From contig JAYUEP010000082.1 in assembly GCA_043739165.1 (NCBI GenBank), positions 1 to 50,781 on the forward strand: a stretch of 50,781 nt of DNA, written 5' to 3'. Source of the stretch: Hyphomicrobiales bacterium. GTDB taxonomy: Bacteria > Pseudomonadota > Alphaproteobacteria > Rhizobiales > Aestuariivirgaceae. A program made the translations under genes and the position numbers. Positions within the stretch are counted from its first letter, which is position 1; each line of letters begins with the position of its first letter. The notes beneath the pieces are model-generated. The model ran no database searches. It had not been told where the DNA came from and was given only the letters and a program-made list of their open reading frames with translations. Below are positions 8,535 to 20,714 of the stretch, piece after piece.

Positions 8535-9632
8535 ATGCAAAATATGAATTCCACAACGACCATTTTGGGGCTTGAAACCTCTTGCGATGAAACCGCTGCC
8601 GCCGTGGTGCGCCGCCATTCTGACGGTTCGGGAACATTGCTGTCCAATATGGTCTATTCGCAACTGAAGGATCATGCGCCATATGGCGGCGTGGTGCCGG
8701 AAATTGCGGCCCGCGCCCATGTCACCCACCTCGATGGCCTGATCAAACTGGCGATGCAAGAGGCCGGCGTGAGCTTTGTTGATCTTGATGCCGTGGCAGC
8801 CACTGCAGGGCCCGGCCTTCTGGGCGGGCTTCTGGTGGGCGTGATGGAGGCCAAGGCCATCGCACTTGCGCGGGGCATTCCACTGCTCGCCATCAACCAC
8901 CTCGAAGGCCATGCGCTGACACCGCGCCTGTTGGACAAATGTGAATTTCCCTATCTGTTGCTGCTCATTTCCGGTGGCCATACCCAGTTTCAATTGGTGG
9001 AAGGCGTGGGGCGTTACGTAAGGCTGGGCACGACGATAGATGATGCGTTGGGGGAAGCCTTCGACAAGGTGGCGAAGCTTCTGGGCCTCGGCCTGCCGGG
9101 TGGCCCGCGTGTGGAGGCAGAGGCCAAACGCGGCAACGCCGCGCGCTTTGATTTTCCCCGGCCACTGAAGGGTCGGGCCGATTGCAACTTCTCTTTCTCC
9201 GGCCTCAAAACTGCTGTGCGCGAATGTGTGCGTGAGCTTGGCCTGCTGTCAGAACAAGATATCGCCGATGTCTGCGCCTCGTTTCAGCAGGCGGTGGCTG
9301 ATACTTTATCTGATAGGCTGACCAAAGCTTTCGCGGCATTTCGCAGCCTTCACACAACGGTCCGGCCCACGCTTGTGGTAGCAGGCGGTGTCGCTGCCAA
9401 TGCCGCCTTGCGCACAGTTCTTGAAAAACAATGCGCCGCCCGTGGCTTCAGGCTCGAGGTTCCGCCATTTCATCTGTGCACGGACAATGCCGCCATGATC
9501 GCCTGGGCGGGGGCCGAGCGTCTGGCCCTGGGTCTGACGGATCCGTTGGATTTCGCCGCAAGGCCGCGCTGGCCGCTGGATTCGGTTTCAGCGCCGGTCT
9601 ATGGCTCCGGCAAGATGGGGGCAAAGGCATGA
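8535..9632 (+). CDS. tsaD: tRNA N6-threonylcarbamoyltransferase subunit TsaD
   Basis: [46 protein letters not shown]. Confidence 0.97.
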   Translation: MQNMNSTTTILGLETSCDETAAAVVRRHSDGSGTLLSNMVYSQLKDHAPYGGVVPEIAARAHVTHLDGLIKLAMQEAGVSFVDLDAVAATAGPGLLGGLLVGVMEAKAIALARGIPLLAINHLEGHALTPRLLDKCEFPYLLLLISGGHTQFQLVEGVGRYVRLGTTIDDALGEAFDKVAKLLGLGLPGGPRVEAEAKRGNAARFDFPRPLKGRADCNFSFSGLKTAVRECVRELGLLSEQDIADVCASFQQAVADTLSDRLTKAFAAFRSLHTTVRPTLVVAGGVAANAALRTVLEKQCAARGFRLEVPPFHLCTDNAAMIAWAGAERLALGLTDPLDFAARPRWPLDSVSAPVYGSGKMGAKA

Positions 9633-10522
9633 GCAACATCACCATCATCGGCGAGGGCGCTTGGGGCAAGGCGCTGGGCCTTGTCGCACAACGCGCCGGA
9701 CATCATGTGAACTATTGGTCGCGCCGCCATGCGACGCCTCTGCAGGTTTCCGATGCTTTCATCCTTGCTGTTCCCGCCCAAGCCATGCGCGATGTTCTCA
9801 TGCATCTCAATCTTCAAGGCGGCGTGTTGATTTCTGCGGCCAAAGGTCTCGAACGTTCAACGGGCAAATCCATGGCCGAAGTGGTGTCAGAACTCGTGCC
9901 ACAAGCTGAATTCTACGCGCTCTCCGGCCCCAGTTTTGCAGCAGATGTGACAGCAGGCCTGCCCACGGCAGTGACATTGGCGGGGCCGAACTTGGCGCAG
10001 GCCACACATTGGGCGAATGTACTTTCCGTTCCCGCTTTTCGCATCTATCCGTCAGACGATGTCACAGGTGTGGAAATTGGCGGGGCGATGAAAAACGTCC
10101 TTGCCATTGCCTGCGGCATTTCCGACGGGCAGGCCTTGGGCGAAAGTGCCAGGGCAAGCCTTGTTACACGCGGCTTTGCTGAATTGATGCGCTATGGCCG
10201 CAAGCTGAGCGCCAGGCCCGAAACCTTGATGGGCCTTTCTGGGTTTGGTGATTTGATGTTGACCAGCGCTTCAACCAAATCGCGCAACTACAGCTTTGGC
10301 TTGGCGCTGGGGCGGGGCGCGTCACCCGCCGAAGCGCTGTTGGAAGCACGCGGTGTCGTGGAAGGTGCCTATACTGCAGCCATCGCCGCCAAACTCGCCA
10401 AACAACATGGCGTGGACATGCCGATCGTGGACGCGGTGGCCGCCGTTGTTGACGGCCATTCAAAACCGGGCGATGAAATCAAAAAACTTTTGGCGCGACC
10501 CGTACGCCCGGAAAACACTTGA
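9629..10522 (+). CDS. gpsA: NAD(P)H-dependent glycerol-3-phosphate dehydrogenase (short form)
   Basis: ATGA overlap with tsaD; [35 protein letters not shown] motifs. Confidence 0.92.
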   Translation: MSNITIIGEGAWGKALGLVAQRAGHHVNYWSRRHATPLQVSDAFILAVPAQAMRDVLMHLNLQGGVLISAAKGLERSTGKSMAEVVSELVPQAEFYALSGPSFAADVTAGLPTAVTLAGPNLAQATHWANVLSVPAFRIYPSDDVTGVEIGGAMKNVLAIACGISDGQALGESARASLVTRGFAELMRYGRKLSARPETLMGLSGFGDLMLTSASTKSRNYSFGLALGRGASPAEALLEARGVVEGAYTAAIAAKLAKQHGVDMPIVDAVAAVVDGHSKPGDEIKKLLARPVRPENT

Positions 10523-10531
10523 GGATCACCC

Positions 10532-10822
10532 ATGCTTTATGCCCTTATCTGCACTGATAAACCCAACAGCACCGAACTGCGCGCCAAGCTGCGGCCTGAT
10601 CACGTCGCCTATCTCGGCAGCTTGGGCGACGCCATGAAATTCGCCGGGCCGTTTCTCAATGATGAGGGCGGGCCGATTGGTAGTTTGGTGATGATCGATG
10701 CCGTGAACCGCGCTTCTGCCGAACAGATCGCCGCCAATGATCCTTACAAGTTGGCAGGCCTTTTTGCGGCCGTTGAAATCAAGGCCTGGCGCTGGGCACT
10801 GAAGAACCCGGAGGCCCAATAA
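10532..10822 (+). CDS. YciI family protein
   Basis: RPDHVAYL, AGP, GSL, DPY motifs. Confidence 0.88.
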   Translation: MLYALICTDKPNSTELRAKLRPDHVAYLGSLGDAMKFAGPFLNDEGGPIGSLVMIDAVNRASAEQIAANDPYKLAGLFAAVEIKAWRWALKNPEAQ

Positions 10823-11241
10823 TGGCCAAGTGGCTTTTCAAATCCGAACCTGATGTCTACTCATTTGAACAGTTGCAGGCCAAAGGCAAGGCCGGTGATG
10901 AATGGACCGGCATCCGCAACTATCAAGCCCGCAACAACATGCGGCTGATGCAACTGGGCGATCAAGGTTTCTTCTATTATTCCAATATTGGCAAAGCCGT
11001 GATGGGCATTGTCGAAGTGTGCAAGCTTGTTCATGTGGATTCAACGGCGGAAAACCCGACATGGGAATGCGTGGATATTCGCGCCGTGACCCCACTGCCG
11101 CGCCACGTGACGTTGGATGAAATCAAGCTCGACGCCAAGCTGAAGGATATGGTGCTGGTCAACAATTCTCGTCTGTCGGTCCAGCCAGTCAGCGACGCCG
11201 AATGGGCGCATATTTGCAAGCTGGCGGGCCACAAGGTTTGA
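10822..11241 (+). CDS. EVE domain protein
   Basis: WLFKSEP, WTGIRNYQARN, SRLSVQPV. Confidence 0.93.
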   Translation: MAKWLFKSEPDVYSFEQLQAKGKAGDEWTGIRNYQARNNMRLMQLGDQGFFYYSNIGKAVMGIVEVCKLVHVDSTAENPTWECVDIRAVTPLPRHVTLDEIKLDAKLKDMVLVNNSRLSVQPVSDAEWAHICKLAGHKV

Positions 11242-11873
11242 ACCACACCGCCTTCATTCGTCAGCATACGGAGCTTCTCTCCGTGCCTCTCGTACCTGAA
11301 GTCAAACTCCACCTTGCCCATGAGGCCATCCCGATTTGGCAGAAGACCGAAGAAGAATTGGGTGAGATGGGCTTGCCGCCACCCTTCTGGGCCTTTGCTT
11401 GGGCAGGCGGGCAGGCACTGGCGCGTTACATCCTCGACAATGCCAACATCGTCGCAGGCAAGACCGTGCTTGACCTCGCCTCGGGCTCCGGCCTCGTTGG
11501 CATCGCCGCCATGAAGGCGGGCGCTGCCTCTGTCCTGGCGGCTGACATCGATAAATTCTCGCGTGCCGCTATTGCCCTCAATGCCGGGACCAATGGCTGC
11601 GACATCACGTCCACCGGCGAGGATTTGCTGAATGGCGCACCGCAAGACTTTGATGTGATCCTGGTGGGCGATCTCTTTTACGAGAAGGAAACCGCCGCCC
11701 GTTGCATTGCTTTCTTGGAGAAATCCCACGCGGAAATCCTGATCGGTGATCCTGCCCGCAGTTATTTGCCCAAGGAAAGGCTGATGTGCGTTGCGCAATA
11801 TGCCGTGCCCGTCAGCCGCGAATTGGAAGATTCAGAAATCAAGAAGACCTTCGTCTGGTGCCTGAAGCGCTGA
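11238..11873 (+). CDS. Class I SAM-dependent protein methyltransferase (METTL20/ETFB-KMT-like)
   Basis: TTG start overlapping the EVE stop; PPPFWAFAWAGGQALARY, VLDLASGSG, GDLFYE, IGDP.R. Confidence 0.85.
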   Translation: MNHTAFIRQHTELLSVPLVPEVKLHLAHEAIPIWQKTEEELGEMGLPPPFWAFAWAGGQALARYILDNANIVAGKTVLDLASGSGLVGIAAMKAGAASVLAADIDKFSRAAIALNAGTNGCDITSTGEDLLNGAPQDFDVILVGDLFYEKETAARCIAFLEKSHAEILIGDPARSYLPKERLMCVAQYAVPVSRELEDSEIKKTFVWCLKR

Positions 11874-11978
11874 TTCCACTTCGGCAATGCAAAATAGGCC
11901 TTTCGCACCTGCGCCATCGTCTGATACAAATTAATGACAAGAAGCCCTTCAGGGCCGGATCATTGAGGGAGAACTGCC

Positions 11979-13922
11979 TTGTCTGACAAAACCTATGCTG
12001 TTCCAGCGGCCTGGAAGAAGCGCGCCTATGTCACTGCCGAAAGCTACAAGAAAACCTATGCGGAATCAGTGAATAACCCAGACAAGTTCTGGGCCAAGGA
12101 AGCCAAACGCCTCGATTGGGTGAGGTTTCCCAAGAAGATCAAGAACGTTTCCTACGCTTATCCCGATGTCTCGATCAAATGGTATGAAGACGGCGTTCTC
12201 AACGTCTCCTACAACTGCATTGATCGCCATCTGAAAAAACGTGGGCACCAAACCGCGCTGATCTGGGAGGGCGACAACCCATACGACGACAAGAAGATCA
12301 CCTACAAACAGCTTCACGCCGAAGTTTGCCGTTTCGCCAATGTGCTGAAAAAGCTGGGCGTAAAAAAAGGTGACCGCGTCACCATCTATATGCCGATGAT
12401 CCTGGAAACGGCCTATGCCATGCTGGCCTGCACCCGCATTGGTGCGGTTCATTCCATCATCTTCGCAGGCTTCTCTCCAGACTCAATTGCCGGACGCATG
12501 GATGATGCTGACAGCCGCTTTATCATTACCGCCGATGAAGGACTTCGCGGTGGCCGGAAAATTCCGCTGAAAGCCAACACCGATGCCGCCCTTGCCAAAG
12601 TGGCTGCACCTGCAAAAGTTCTTGTGGTCCGCCGCACTGGCGCTTCCGTGCCGTGGGATGCAAAACGCGATCATTGGTATCATGACGTGGCTGCAACGGT
12701 GGCCGCAGATTGCAAGCCTGAGAAGATGAAGGCGGAAGACCCGCTCTTTATTCTTTACACCTCTGGTTCCACCGGAAAACCCAAGGGCGTGCTGCACACC
12801 ACGGGCGGATATCTCACCTATGCTGTGTCTACGTTCCATCATGTCTTCGACTACCACGAGGGCGACATTCACTGGTGCACGGCGGATGTGGGCTGGGTCA
12901 CGGGCCACACCTATATCGTCTATGGCCCCCTGGCCAGCGGGGCCACCTCGCTGATGTTTGAAGGCGTGCCGAATTATCCCAATGTCTCGCGCTTCTGGGA
13001 AGTGTGTGACAAGCATCACGTCAATATCTTCTACACCGCCCCCACCGCTTTGCGGGCCCTGATGCAACAGGGTGATGAACCGGTGAAGAAATTCTCGCGC
13101 AAATCCATCCGCCTGCTGGGCTCGGTGGGCGAGCCGATCAATCCGGAAGCCTGGGAATGGTATCACCGTGTGGTGGGCGATGGCCGCTGCCCGATTGTTG
13201 ATACTTGGTGGCAAACCGAGACCGGTGGCATTCTGATGACGCCGCTGGCAGGCGCCCATAAACTAAAGCCCGGCTCAGCCGCTTACCCGCTGTTCGGCAT
13301 CAAGCCAGCGCTGGTGGATGAGAAGGGCAATTTCCTCGAAGGTGAAACCTCCGGCAATCTTGTGATCCTGGACTCTTGGCCGGGCCAGGCCCGCACTGTT
13401 TACGGCGATCACCCGCGTTTTGTGGAAACCTATTTCTCGACCTACAAAGGCATGTATTTCACCGGAGACGGCTGCAAACGCGATGCCGACGGCTATTATT
13501 GGATCACTGGCCGCGTCGATGACGTGCTCAACGTCTCGGGCCACCGCATCGGCACAGCGGAAGTGGAATCCGCCCTCGTCGGCTGGGCTGGCGTGTCTGA
13601 AGCCGCCGTGGTGGGCTACCCCCATGACATCAAGGGCCAGGGTATTTATTGCTACGTCACCTTGATGGCAGGCATACAAGGTACCGACGACACCCGCAAA
13701 GAACTCGTCGCCCATGTGCGCAAGGAAATTGGTGCCTTCGCCGCACCAGACAAGATCCAGTTCGCCCCCGGCCTGCCCAAAACCCGCTCCGGCAAGATCA
13801 TGCGCCGCATCCTGCGCAAGATCGCAGAAGATGAGTTTGGCGCGCTTGGCGATACATCAACGCTCGCTGATCCCGCCGTGGTGGATGACCTCATCGCTAA
13901 CCGGCAGAACAAGAAGGCCTAA
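11979..13922 (+). CDS. acs: Acetyl-CoA synthetase
   Basis: [32 protein letters not shown]. Confidence 0.97.
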   Translation: MSDKTYAVPAAWKKRAYVTAESYKKTYAESVNNPDKFWAKEAKRLDWVRFPKKIKNVSYAYPDVSIKWYEDGVLNVSYNCIDRHLKKRGHQTALIWEGDNPYDDKKITYKQLHAEVCRFANVLKKLGVKKGDRVTIYMPMILETAYAMLACTRIGAVHSIIFAGFSPDSIAGRMDDADSRFIITADEGLRGGRKIPLKANTDAALAKVAAPAKVLVVRRTGASVPWDAKRDHWYHDVAATVAADCKPEKMKAEDPLFILYTSGSTGKPKGVLHTTGGYLTYAVSTFHHVFDYHEGDIHWCTADVGWVTGHTYIVYGPLASGATSLMFEGVPNYPNVSRFWEVCDKHHVNIFYTAPTALRALMQQGDEPVKKFSRKSIRLLGSVGEPINPEAWEWYHRVVGDGRCPIVDTWWQTETGGILMTPLAGAHKLKPGSAAYPLFGIKPALVDEKGNFLEGETSGNLVILDSWPGQARTVYGDHPRFVETYFSTYKGMYFTGDGCKRDADGYYWITGRVDDVLNVSGHRIGTAEVESALVGWAGVSEAAVVGYPHDIKGQGIYCYVTLMAGIQGTDDTRKELVAHVRKEIGAFAAPDKIQFAPGLPKTRSGKIMRRILRKIAEDEFGALGDTSTLADPAVVDDLIANRQNKKA

Positions 13923-13976
13923 ATCTGCTGCTTGAAAAATCAGTCGAGGCTCCCTAACTAAAGCGTAATCTTTTGC

Positions 13977-14651
13977 GTGGGGCCCAGATTTTTGATCGAT
14001 AGCGTTTTAGCGCCAGATGCCATCACGGCTTTTTTTAAAGTGGTGATGATTGACCTTGTCTTGGCGGGAGACAACGCAATTGTCATTGGCTTGGCCGCAG
14101 CCGGTCTTCCCAAACAACATCGCGCCAAGGCCATTCTGGTCGGCATCGGTGCGGCGACAGTCCTGCGCATTCTCTTTGCTGTCGTGGCCATTCAAATGTT
14201 GAAGCTCATCGGCCTTGTGCTGGTGGGTGGCTTCTTGCTTCTTTGGGTATGCTGGAAAATGTGGCGTGAGCTGCGCGATAGCCACGCTGCGCAAGATGCG
14301 GCAGAAGCTGTGACGGGCGAAGATCTGGATCATGACGGCCAGATCGCAGGCCATACCCCGCGCAAGAGTTTTGCCGCTGCGGCCTGGCAGATCGTGGTGG
14401 CGGATATTTCCATGTCGCTCGATAATGTCTTGGCCGTGGCCGGGGCTGCCCGCGAACATCCTTATGTTTTGGCAGCGGGTCTGGTTCTATCAGTGGCGCT
14501 CATGGGCCTTGCCGCCTCAGTCGTCGCGCGCCTGCTCAACCGCTATCGCTGGATCGCCTATTTCGGACTAGCCATCATTCTCTATGTGGCAGTGGATATG
14601 GTCTATCGTGGCAGTTTGGAAATGTGGCCCAACTTGCTGCATATGGGCTAG
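13977..14651 (+). CDS. TerC/YjbE family membrane protein
   Basis: [13 protein letters not shown] and [17 protein letters not shown] motifs; start uncertain. Confidence 0.9.
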   Translation: MGPRFLIDSVLAPDAITAFFKVVMIDLVLAGDNAIVIGLAAAGLPKQHRAKAILVGIGAATVLRILFAVVAIQMLKLIGLVLVGGFLLLWVCWKMWRELRDSHAAQDAAEAVTGEDLDHDGQIAGHTPRKSFAAAAWQIVVADISMSLDNVLAVAGAAREHPYVLAAGLVLSVALMGLAASVVARLLNRYRWIAYFGLAIILYVAVDMVYRGSLEMWPNLLHMG

Positions 14652-16132
14652 GCCAACAGCTTGCGCACGGCTTCTTTCCAACCTTCATATTTTACTTCAC
14701 GAACTTCAGACAACATCTTGGAAGAAAAGCGTTTTTGCCGTTTCCACTGGGCGGCGAATGCTTCGGGCGCAGGCAGCACGCCTGCCTGCAGTCCTGCAAG
14801 ATAGGCCACACCCATGGCTGTTGTCTCTAACACTTGCGGCCTGTCCACTGGCGCATCAAGAATGTCAGCGAGGCACTGCATCGTCCAATCCGAAGCCGTC
14901 ATGCCCCCATCGACGCGCAGCACGGTTTCCTTTGCCTCGGGCCAATCCTTGCGCATCGCTTCCAAAAGGTCGCGCGTTTGATAACACACGGCTTCCAGCG
15001 CGGCCTTGGCCAGTTCTTTTTTCGTCGTGCCTCGTGTCAAACCGAAAATCGCACCACGCACTTCTGCGTTCCAATAAGGCGCACCAAGGCCCACGAACGC
15101 GGGCACGAGATAGACTTGCTGCTGCATGTCCGCCGCCGCAGCAAGCGCGCCCGTTTCATTTGATGACTTGATCAGTTGCAAGCCATCACGCAGCCATTGC
15201 ACTGCGGCCCCGGCGATGAAGATGGAACCTTCCAGCGCATAAGTCCGTCTGCCATTGAGTTGATAGCCAATGGTAGTGAGCAGGCGGTTGGCGGAAGCCA
15301 CGGGCTTGTCTCCCGTGTTCAACATGGCAAAGCACCCCGTGCCATAGGTTGACTTCATCATGCCGGGTTTGAAACAGGCCTGCCCTATCAACGCTGCGTG
15401 CTGGTCCCCCGCCACGCCGCCGATGGGAATGGCCGCACCAAAAAGCTTCTTCTCCGCCTCGCCAAAGTCATCGGCGCAGTTTTTGATCTCCGGCAACAAC
15501 GTGCGCGGGACCTTGAGCAGCGCCAGCAACGCATTATCCCATTGCCCCGTGTGGATGTTGCAGAGAAGTGTGCGCGAAGCATTGGTGGCATCGGTGGCGT
15601 GAACCTTGCCACCCGTCAGGCGGTGGATGAGGAAGGTATCAATCGTGCCGAAGCAAAGCTCTCCCGCCTCGGCTTTGGCGCGGGCACCGGGCACGTGATC
15701 GAGAAGCCAGGCGATCTTGGTTCCGGAGAAATAGGGGTCGAGCAACAGGCCTGTGCGCTGCGTGAACAGGACCTCGTGCCCTTGCGCCTTCAACACCGCG
15801 CAAATATCTGCGGTGCGCCGGTCCTGCCAGACGATGGCTTTGTGGATCGGCATGCCCGTCCTGCGATCCCAGACCACAGTCGTTTCGCGCTGGTTGGTGA
15901 TGCCAATGGATTTGATTTGGCTGGGCTTTACCTTGGCCTTCTTGATCGCCAATTTGACGGTGGCCAAAACGCTGCGCCAGATTTCTTCTGCATCATGTTC
16001 CACCCAGCCGGAGGTGGGATAGTACTGTTTGAATTCCTTCTGGCCCACGCTCCGCACTTTGAGTTTCGCATCAAACACAATGGCTCGTGTTGAAGTCGTG
16101 CCTTGGTCAATCGCCAGAATGAAATCAGCCAT
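14648..16132 (-). CDS. glpK: Glycerol kinase
   Basis: [38 protein letters not shown]. Confidence 0.97.
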   Translation of the reverse strand: MADFILAIDQGTTSTRAIVFDAKLKVRSVGQKEFKQYYPTSGWVEHDAEEIWRSVLATVKLAIKKAKVKPSQIKSIGITNQRETTVVWDRRTGMPIHKAIVWQDRRTADICAVLKAQGHEVLFTQRTGLLLDPYFSGTKIAWLLDHVPGARAKAEAGELCFGTIDTFLIHRLTGGKVHATDATNASRTLLCNIHTGQWDNALLALLKVPRTLLPEIKNCADDFGEAEKKLFGAAIPIGGVAGDQHAALIGQACFKPGMMKSTYGTGCFAMLNTGDKPVASANRLLTTIGYQLNGRRTYALEGSIFIAGAAVQWLRDGLQLIKSSNETGALAAAADMQQQVYLVPAFVGLGAPYWNAEVRGAIFGLTRGTTKKELAKAALEAVCYQTRDLLEAMRKDWPEAKETVLRVDGGMTASDWTMQCLADILDAPVDRPQVLETTAMGVAYLAGLQAGVLPAPEAFAAQWKRQKRFSSKMLSEVREVKYEGWKEAVRKLLA

Positions 16133-17645
16133 CGGCCTTGGCTCTCTTGCGGCTTGGCTTTGCCGCCACTGTTGTCTCGCCCAGATAGGCTTTTAAAGCT
16201 TCAATTTCATCCGGCTTCATGTGGAGGCCCAATTTGGAACGCCGCCAGAGAACATCATCTGAAGTCATCGCAAATTCTTCGCGCTTCAGATATTCAACTT
16301 CATTCGCAGAAAGTGGCCCGAAGCTCGCGCCCAAATCGCTGGCAAAACGCGCATTCTGTAAAATCTCTTCCATCCGCGTGCCATAGGCGTGAAACAACCG
16401 CCCCACATTTTGCGGTTTAAGGAAAGAATATTTCTTCTGCTGCGCAGCGATATAGGCGGGCACATCGGCATAGGCCATACCACCGGGCAATTTCGCGCCC
16501 GCCGTCCAAGGCTTTTTCATGCCCGGAAAGAACGGCGCAATCTTCGCCAGCGCAGCTTCAGCGAGCTTGCGCGAGGTGGTAATCTTGCCACCAAAGACGG
16601 AAAGCATTTGCGGCTGGCCCGCATCGCCCTCCAGTTTCAAAACATAATCCCGCGTCGCCGATTGTGCCGCCGTGGCGCCATCATCATAAAGCGGGCGAAT
16701 GCCTGAATAATTCCAGCGGATCATGTCCTTGGCGATCGGCCGCTTGAAATAAGCTTTCACTGCCCCAAGCAAATATTCAACTTCGTCATCTGTAATGTCA
16801 GGTCGCCCCGGCTCACCTTGATAGTCGAGGTCTGTTGTGCCGATCAGCGTGAACTTGTCTTCATAGGGAATGGCAAAATCAACCCGGCCATCACCATTTT
16901 GGAAAATATAGCATTTGTCATGGTCATAAAGCCTGTCCACCACAATATGGCTGCCTTTGACCATGCGCACTTTCGCGGGCTCTGTCTGGTGCACCACTTT
17001 GGCCAGAACCTCGCTCACCCACGGCCCGGCGGCGTTGACAAGGAATTTGGATTGCAACACCTCTTGTTTGCCGCCGTTCTCAATGGTCAACTGCCAGCCC
17101 TCGGGTCCACGCACCGCATCGCGGCATGTTGTCCGCGTACGGATGACAGCGCCCTTGGCCTTGGCGTCAACTGCGTTAAGCGCCACCAACCGTGCATCAT
17201 TCACCCAGCAATCAGAATATTCCCAACCATGGGTGAATTCTTCACGCAAGGGCACGCCGACTTCGTCATGGGTGAGATCGACGCTGCGCGTGCCCGGCAA
17301 GATCTTGCGCCCGCCGAGGTGATCATAAAGAAACAGGCCAAGACGGATCAGCCAGCGCGGCCGAAGCCCCGCATGATGCGGCAACACAAAGCGCAGCGGC
17401 CAAATAATATGGGGTGCCGCATTGAGCAGCACTTCGCGTTCAATCAACGCCTCACGCACCAAACGGAATTCATAATATTCAAGATAGCGGAGGCCGCCGT
17501 GGATGAGTTTGGTTGAGGCCGAAGACGTGCCCGAGGCAAGGTCGTTCTGTTCCACCAGACACACTGAAAGCCCGCGGCCTGCCGCATCGCGGGCAATTGC
17601 TGTGCCATTAATGCCGCCGCCGATAATGAAGAGGTCATAGATCAA
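16125..17645 (-). CDS. glpD: FAD-dependent glycerol-3-phosphate dehydrogenase
   Basis: [31 protein letters not shown]. Confidence 0.96.
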   Translation of the reverse strand: MIYDLFIIGGGINGTAIARDAAGRGLSVCLVEQNDLASGTSSASTKLIHGGLRYLEYYEFRLVREALIEREVLLNAAPHIIWPLRFVLPHHAGLRPRWLIRLGLFLYDHLGGRKILPGTRSVDLTHDEVGVPLREEFTHGWEYSDCWVNDARLVALNAVDAKAKGAVIRTRTTCRDAVRGPEGWQLTIENGGKQEVLQSKFLVNAAGPWVSEVLAKVVHQTEPAKVRMVKGSHIVVDRLYDHDKCYIFQNGDGRVDFAIPYEDKFTLIGTTDLDYQGEPGRPDITDDEVEYLLGAVKAYFKRPIAKDMIRWNYSGIRPLYDDGATAAQSATRDYVLKLEGDAGQPQMLSVFGGKITTSRKLAEAALAKIAPFFPGMKKPWTAGAKLPGGMAYADVPAYIAAQQKKYSFLKPQNVGRLFHAYGTRMEEILQNARFASDLGASFGPLSANEVEYLKREEFAMTSDDVLWRRSKLGLHMKPDEIEALKAYLGETTVAAKPSRKRAKADG

Positions 17646-17715
17646 TTGAACACCACGCCAAAAACCTCAGGATGCAACACCTTGAATGGTTTTTCCAGCC
17701 TGCTATGCGAGGGGG

Positions 17716-18690
17716 ATGACAAATCCTGTAATCGCCGAAGTCTTCCGGGGCGACACGCCAGAAAGCCGCCACCGGGGGGCTTTTGTCGTTTTGGACGCAA
17801 CCGGCACGACCGTCGCCAGCGCTGGCGATCATGAAGCCGCCTTCTTCCCACGTTCCGCCATTAAGGCCTTTCAGTGTGTACCTTTGATCGAAAGTGGTGC
17901 CGCCAAACGCTTTGGTCTTGATGACGCAGAAATCGCCTTATGTTGCGCATCCCATTCCGGTGAAGCGGAACATGTGCGCGTGGCCCGGTCGATCCTCGCC
18001 AAGGCAGGCATCGGTGAAATCTGCCTCGAATGCGGCGCGCATATGCCAACGGCCCGCGAAGCGACTTACGACCTCGTGCGACATGGCGAGAAGCCCCTGC
18101 AAGTCCATAACAATTGCTCCGGCAAACACGCAGGCATGTTGGCGCTGGCCAAACATCTCGCAGCACCGCTCGAAGGCTATGTGAAACTAGATCATCCGGT
18201 GCAACAAGCCATTGCCGCCACGCTCTCGCGTTATTGTAATGTGAATATTGCACAAGCACCAATGGGCATTGATGGCTGCTCGGTTCCCACTTGGGCGCTC
18301 CCCATGAACAAACTGGCCTTGGGTTTCGCGCGGCTTGCCGATGCGGAGAACGAAGCTGCCCGATTGATTTTGCGCGCTGCCCGAAACCATCCATTACTGA
18401 TTGCTGGCACCGACCGTTTTGATACCAAGGTAATGCAAGCCGTGCCGCGCCTCTTCATCAAGGTTGGCGCCGAGGGCGTGTTCTGCGGCACCATTGCCCA
18501 TGCGGGCTTGGGCTTTGCCCTGAAATGCGATGATGGTACGAGCCGTGGGGCCGAAGTGGCTGTGGCGCACATGCTGGCGAAGCTGGATGTGTGGAACGAC
18601 AATGAGCGTCAAAGCCTTACAAGCTTTGCAGCCCAACCCTTGACCAACTGGCGCAAGATTTCAGTGGGAAGTGTGCGGGCTACCCCGTAA
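17716..18690 (+). CDS. Asparaginase, class 3 (Rhizobium etli type)
   Basis: ESRHRG, RSAIK, ASHSGE, NNCSGKH, DGC, KVGAEG motifs. Confidence 0.9.
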   Translation: MTNPVIAEVFRGDTPESRHRGAFVVLDATGTTVASAGDHEAAFFPRSAIKAFQCVPLIESGAAKRFGLDDAEIALCCASHSGEAEHVRVARSILAKAGIGEICLECGAHMPTAREATYDLVRHGEKPLQVHNNCSGKHAGMLALAKHLAAPLEGYVKLDHPVQQAIAATLSRYCNVNIAQAPMGIDGCSVPTWALPMNKLALGFARLADAENEAARLILRAARNHPLLIAGTDRFDTKVMQAVPRLFIKVGAEGVFCGTIAHAGLGFALKCDDGTSRGAEVAVAHMLAKLDVWNDNERQSLTSFAAQPLTNWRKISVGSVRATP

Positions 18691-19957
18691 CCACATTGCC
18701 ATACATATAGACGTGTGCTGGGACCTTCTTCTCGTCCTTGAGAAAATCACCTGTCGCTTGCTGGTCGCCCCTCATGCCGACAATGGCGCCCTTGGACACT
18801 TTTGAAATGATGTTCCCGGCGATTACAACTTGCTTGGCACCATCTGAAACGGAAAAGCCAATGCCTTGCCCGCAATTGCGGATCACATTGCCCTGTGCTG
18901 TGACGTTGCGGCAGAAATCGACCCATCCCAAATTGATGCCGATTGTCTCGGCGTCCTCAATCACATTGTTGGAGACAATGGTTTCCGCTTCGCAGTGAAT
19001 GCCGACACCATCTGTCGCTGCCGTGGTTTTGCTGCCGCGCAGCCCGCGCACCAGATTGGCCGTGCAGGTTGCCATTCGTCCGCCCACATCAAGATTGGTG
19101 ATAGAAATTCCATGCGCTGCGTCTTCGATGACATTATTAGCCACGACAGCGCCCTGAAAATTGAACTCAACATAAAGCGCTGTTTCTTGTGAACGCGCCA
19201 TAGAATTGCCGATGATCTGTATATTGCTGCCGGAATTGCAGCGGATGCAGGAATAGACCGTATCCGTCACCCGGTTGTTGGCCACAATCACGCCGCCCGC
19301 GTTGAACACGCTGATGCCATTGCCATTGGGCCCATCCCCACCCGATTCTGACCGAATGTTGGAAACGCGATTGCCGATCACCTGTGTGCCGTCCTCTTCC
19401 AGCTTATGCCGCCACACCTGAATGCCATTGTTGCCGATATCGTCCACCGCATTGTTGGAGATCATCAACCCGCGCGAGTCGACGGCAGTCACCGCGGCGT
19501 CCTTGATCGCATGAAAGTGGCAATCTTTGATGACACCGGAACACTCTTCGATTTTCAATCCCGTGCGCCCGCTCTTGCTGAAGCGACAAGCCTCAACCGT
19601 CAGCCGCTCCACCTTCCACCCGACCACAAGCGCGGGCAGGTCATCACTCATCGGTTTTACGGCACCTTCAAAACTGAGGCCTGAGAGCGTGACATCCGCG
19701 CAGTTCTGAATGGTGAGGATCGGCGCGCCACCTCGTGTGGTGAGAACACTTTGGCCAGGCACGCCCACAAGCTGCAGCGGAAAATCAATCAACAAGCCAT
19801 TGGCCTCATGTCGTCCAGGGGGCACATTGACAACGCCACCTTCCAGCCTGGCCTTGACCAAAACAGAACCAAGGTCGAAGGTGCCAGCCGCCATTGTACT
19901 GCTCGATTTCACCAGAAATATCGGCGCTGAAATCAAAGCGCGGCGTGGAATTTTCAT
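18680..19957 (-). CDS. Tat-exported right-handed beta-helix protein (TIGR03808-like)
   Basis: N-terminal RR; repeated parallel beta-helix units; GNNGIQVWR, ETALYVEF, GISITN..GGR. Confidence 0.75.
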   Translation of the reverse strand: MKIPRRALISAPIFLVKSSSTMAAGTFDLGSVLVKARLEGGVVNVPPGRHEANGLLIDFPLQLVGVPGQSVLTTRGGAPILTIQNCADVTLSGLSFEGAVKPMSDDLPALVVGWKVERLTVEACRFSKSGRTGLKIEECSGVIKDCHFHAIKDAAVTAVDSRGLMISNNAVDDIGNNGIQVWRHKLEEDGTQVIGNRVSNIRSESGGDGPNGNGISVFNAGGVIVANNRVTDTVYSCIRCNSGSNIQIIGNSMARSQETALYVEFNFQGAVVANNVIEDAAHGISITNLDVGGRMATCTANLVRGLRGSKTTAATDGVGIHCEAETIVSNNVIEDAETIGINLGWVDFCRNVTAQGNVIRNCGQGIGFSVSDGAKQVVIAGNIISKVSKGAIVGMRGDQQATGDFLKDEKKVPAHVYMYGNVVTG

Positions 19958-20078
19958 GTATTTCCCCAAATCACCCCGCACACTGTTTGCCATGTATTCG
20001 TGTTTCTCACAATCTCGTGTGTGGGTTTGATTGGTCAAATGGCGAAACAGGGCCTATTTTCTGAGGATGGAGAACCAC

Positions 20079-20711
20079 ATGCGCAAATTGCTGATCACCT
20101 TTGTCCTGGCCTTTATTCTGATGCCGCTTGCCGCCTTGCAGGCCCAGGCCAAATCCGAAACCGCCATCTTTGCAGGTGGCTGTTTCTGGTGTGTGGAATC
20201 AAACTTTGACAAGGTCAAAGGTGTAACTGAAACTATCTCGGGCTATGCTGGCGGCACCATCAAGAATCCGACCTATCGCAACCATGTGGGCAATCAGGAA
20301 GCCGTCAAAGTGAGCTTCGATCCTGATGTGGTAAGCTATGCCGATCTGGTGGCCACCTTCTTGCGTTCGACCGATGTTGTCGACGGTGGCGGCCAGTTTT
20401 GTGATCGCGGTGATGCCTATATCTCGGTGATCTTCACGATGGATGACGCCCAAAAGCAGGCTGCGGAAACCGCCAAGGCCGAAGCTGAAAAGGCACTGGG
20501 CCAAAAGATTGTGACTCCCATTCGTGCCTTCACCACTTTTGCTGACGCTGAAGCCTATCACCAGAATTACTACCTCGGCCAGAACCGCGTATTCACCCGC
20601 TTTGGCTGGATCAAACAGGCCGATGCCTATGAGGATTATCGCCAAGCCTGTGGCCGCGATGCCCGCGTGAAGGAACTCTGGGGCAAGGCCGCCTATACGA
20701 CGGGGCATTGA
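20079..20711 (+). CDS. msrA: Peptide-methionine (S)-S-oxide reductase with signal peptide
   Basis: GGCFWCVE, SGYAGG, GQFCDRG, AEAYHQNY; N-terminal signal ending AQA. Confidence 0.93.
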   Translation: MRKLLITFVLAFILMPLAALQAQAKSETAIFAGGCFWCVESNFDKVKGVTETISGYAGGTIKNPTYRNHVGNQEAVKVSFDPDVVSYADLVATFLRSTDVVDGGGQFCDRGDAYISVIFTMDDAQKQAAETAKAEAEKALGQKIVTPIRAFTTFADAEAYHQNYYLGQNRVFTRFGWIKQADAYEDYRQACGRDARVKELWGKAAYTTGH

Positions 20712-20714
20712 AAA

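Noticed and set aside
9431-9628. N-terminal extension of gpsA in the ORF track
   Set aside because: It overlaps tsaD; the ATGA-coupled start at 9629 gives the normal N-terminus.
10822-11873. EVE plus methyltransferase as a restriction/defence module
   Set aside because: They lie in a housekeeping operon; the methyltransferase is of the protein-lysine type and there is no nuclease partner.
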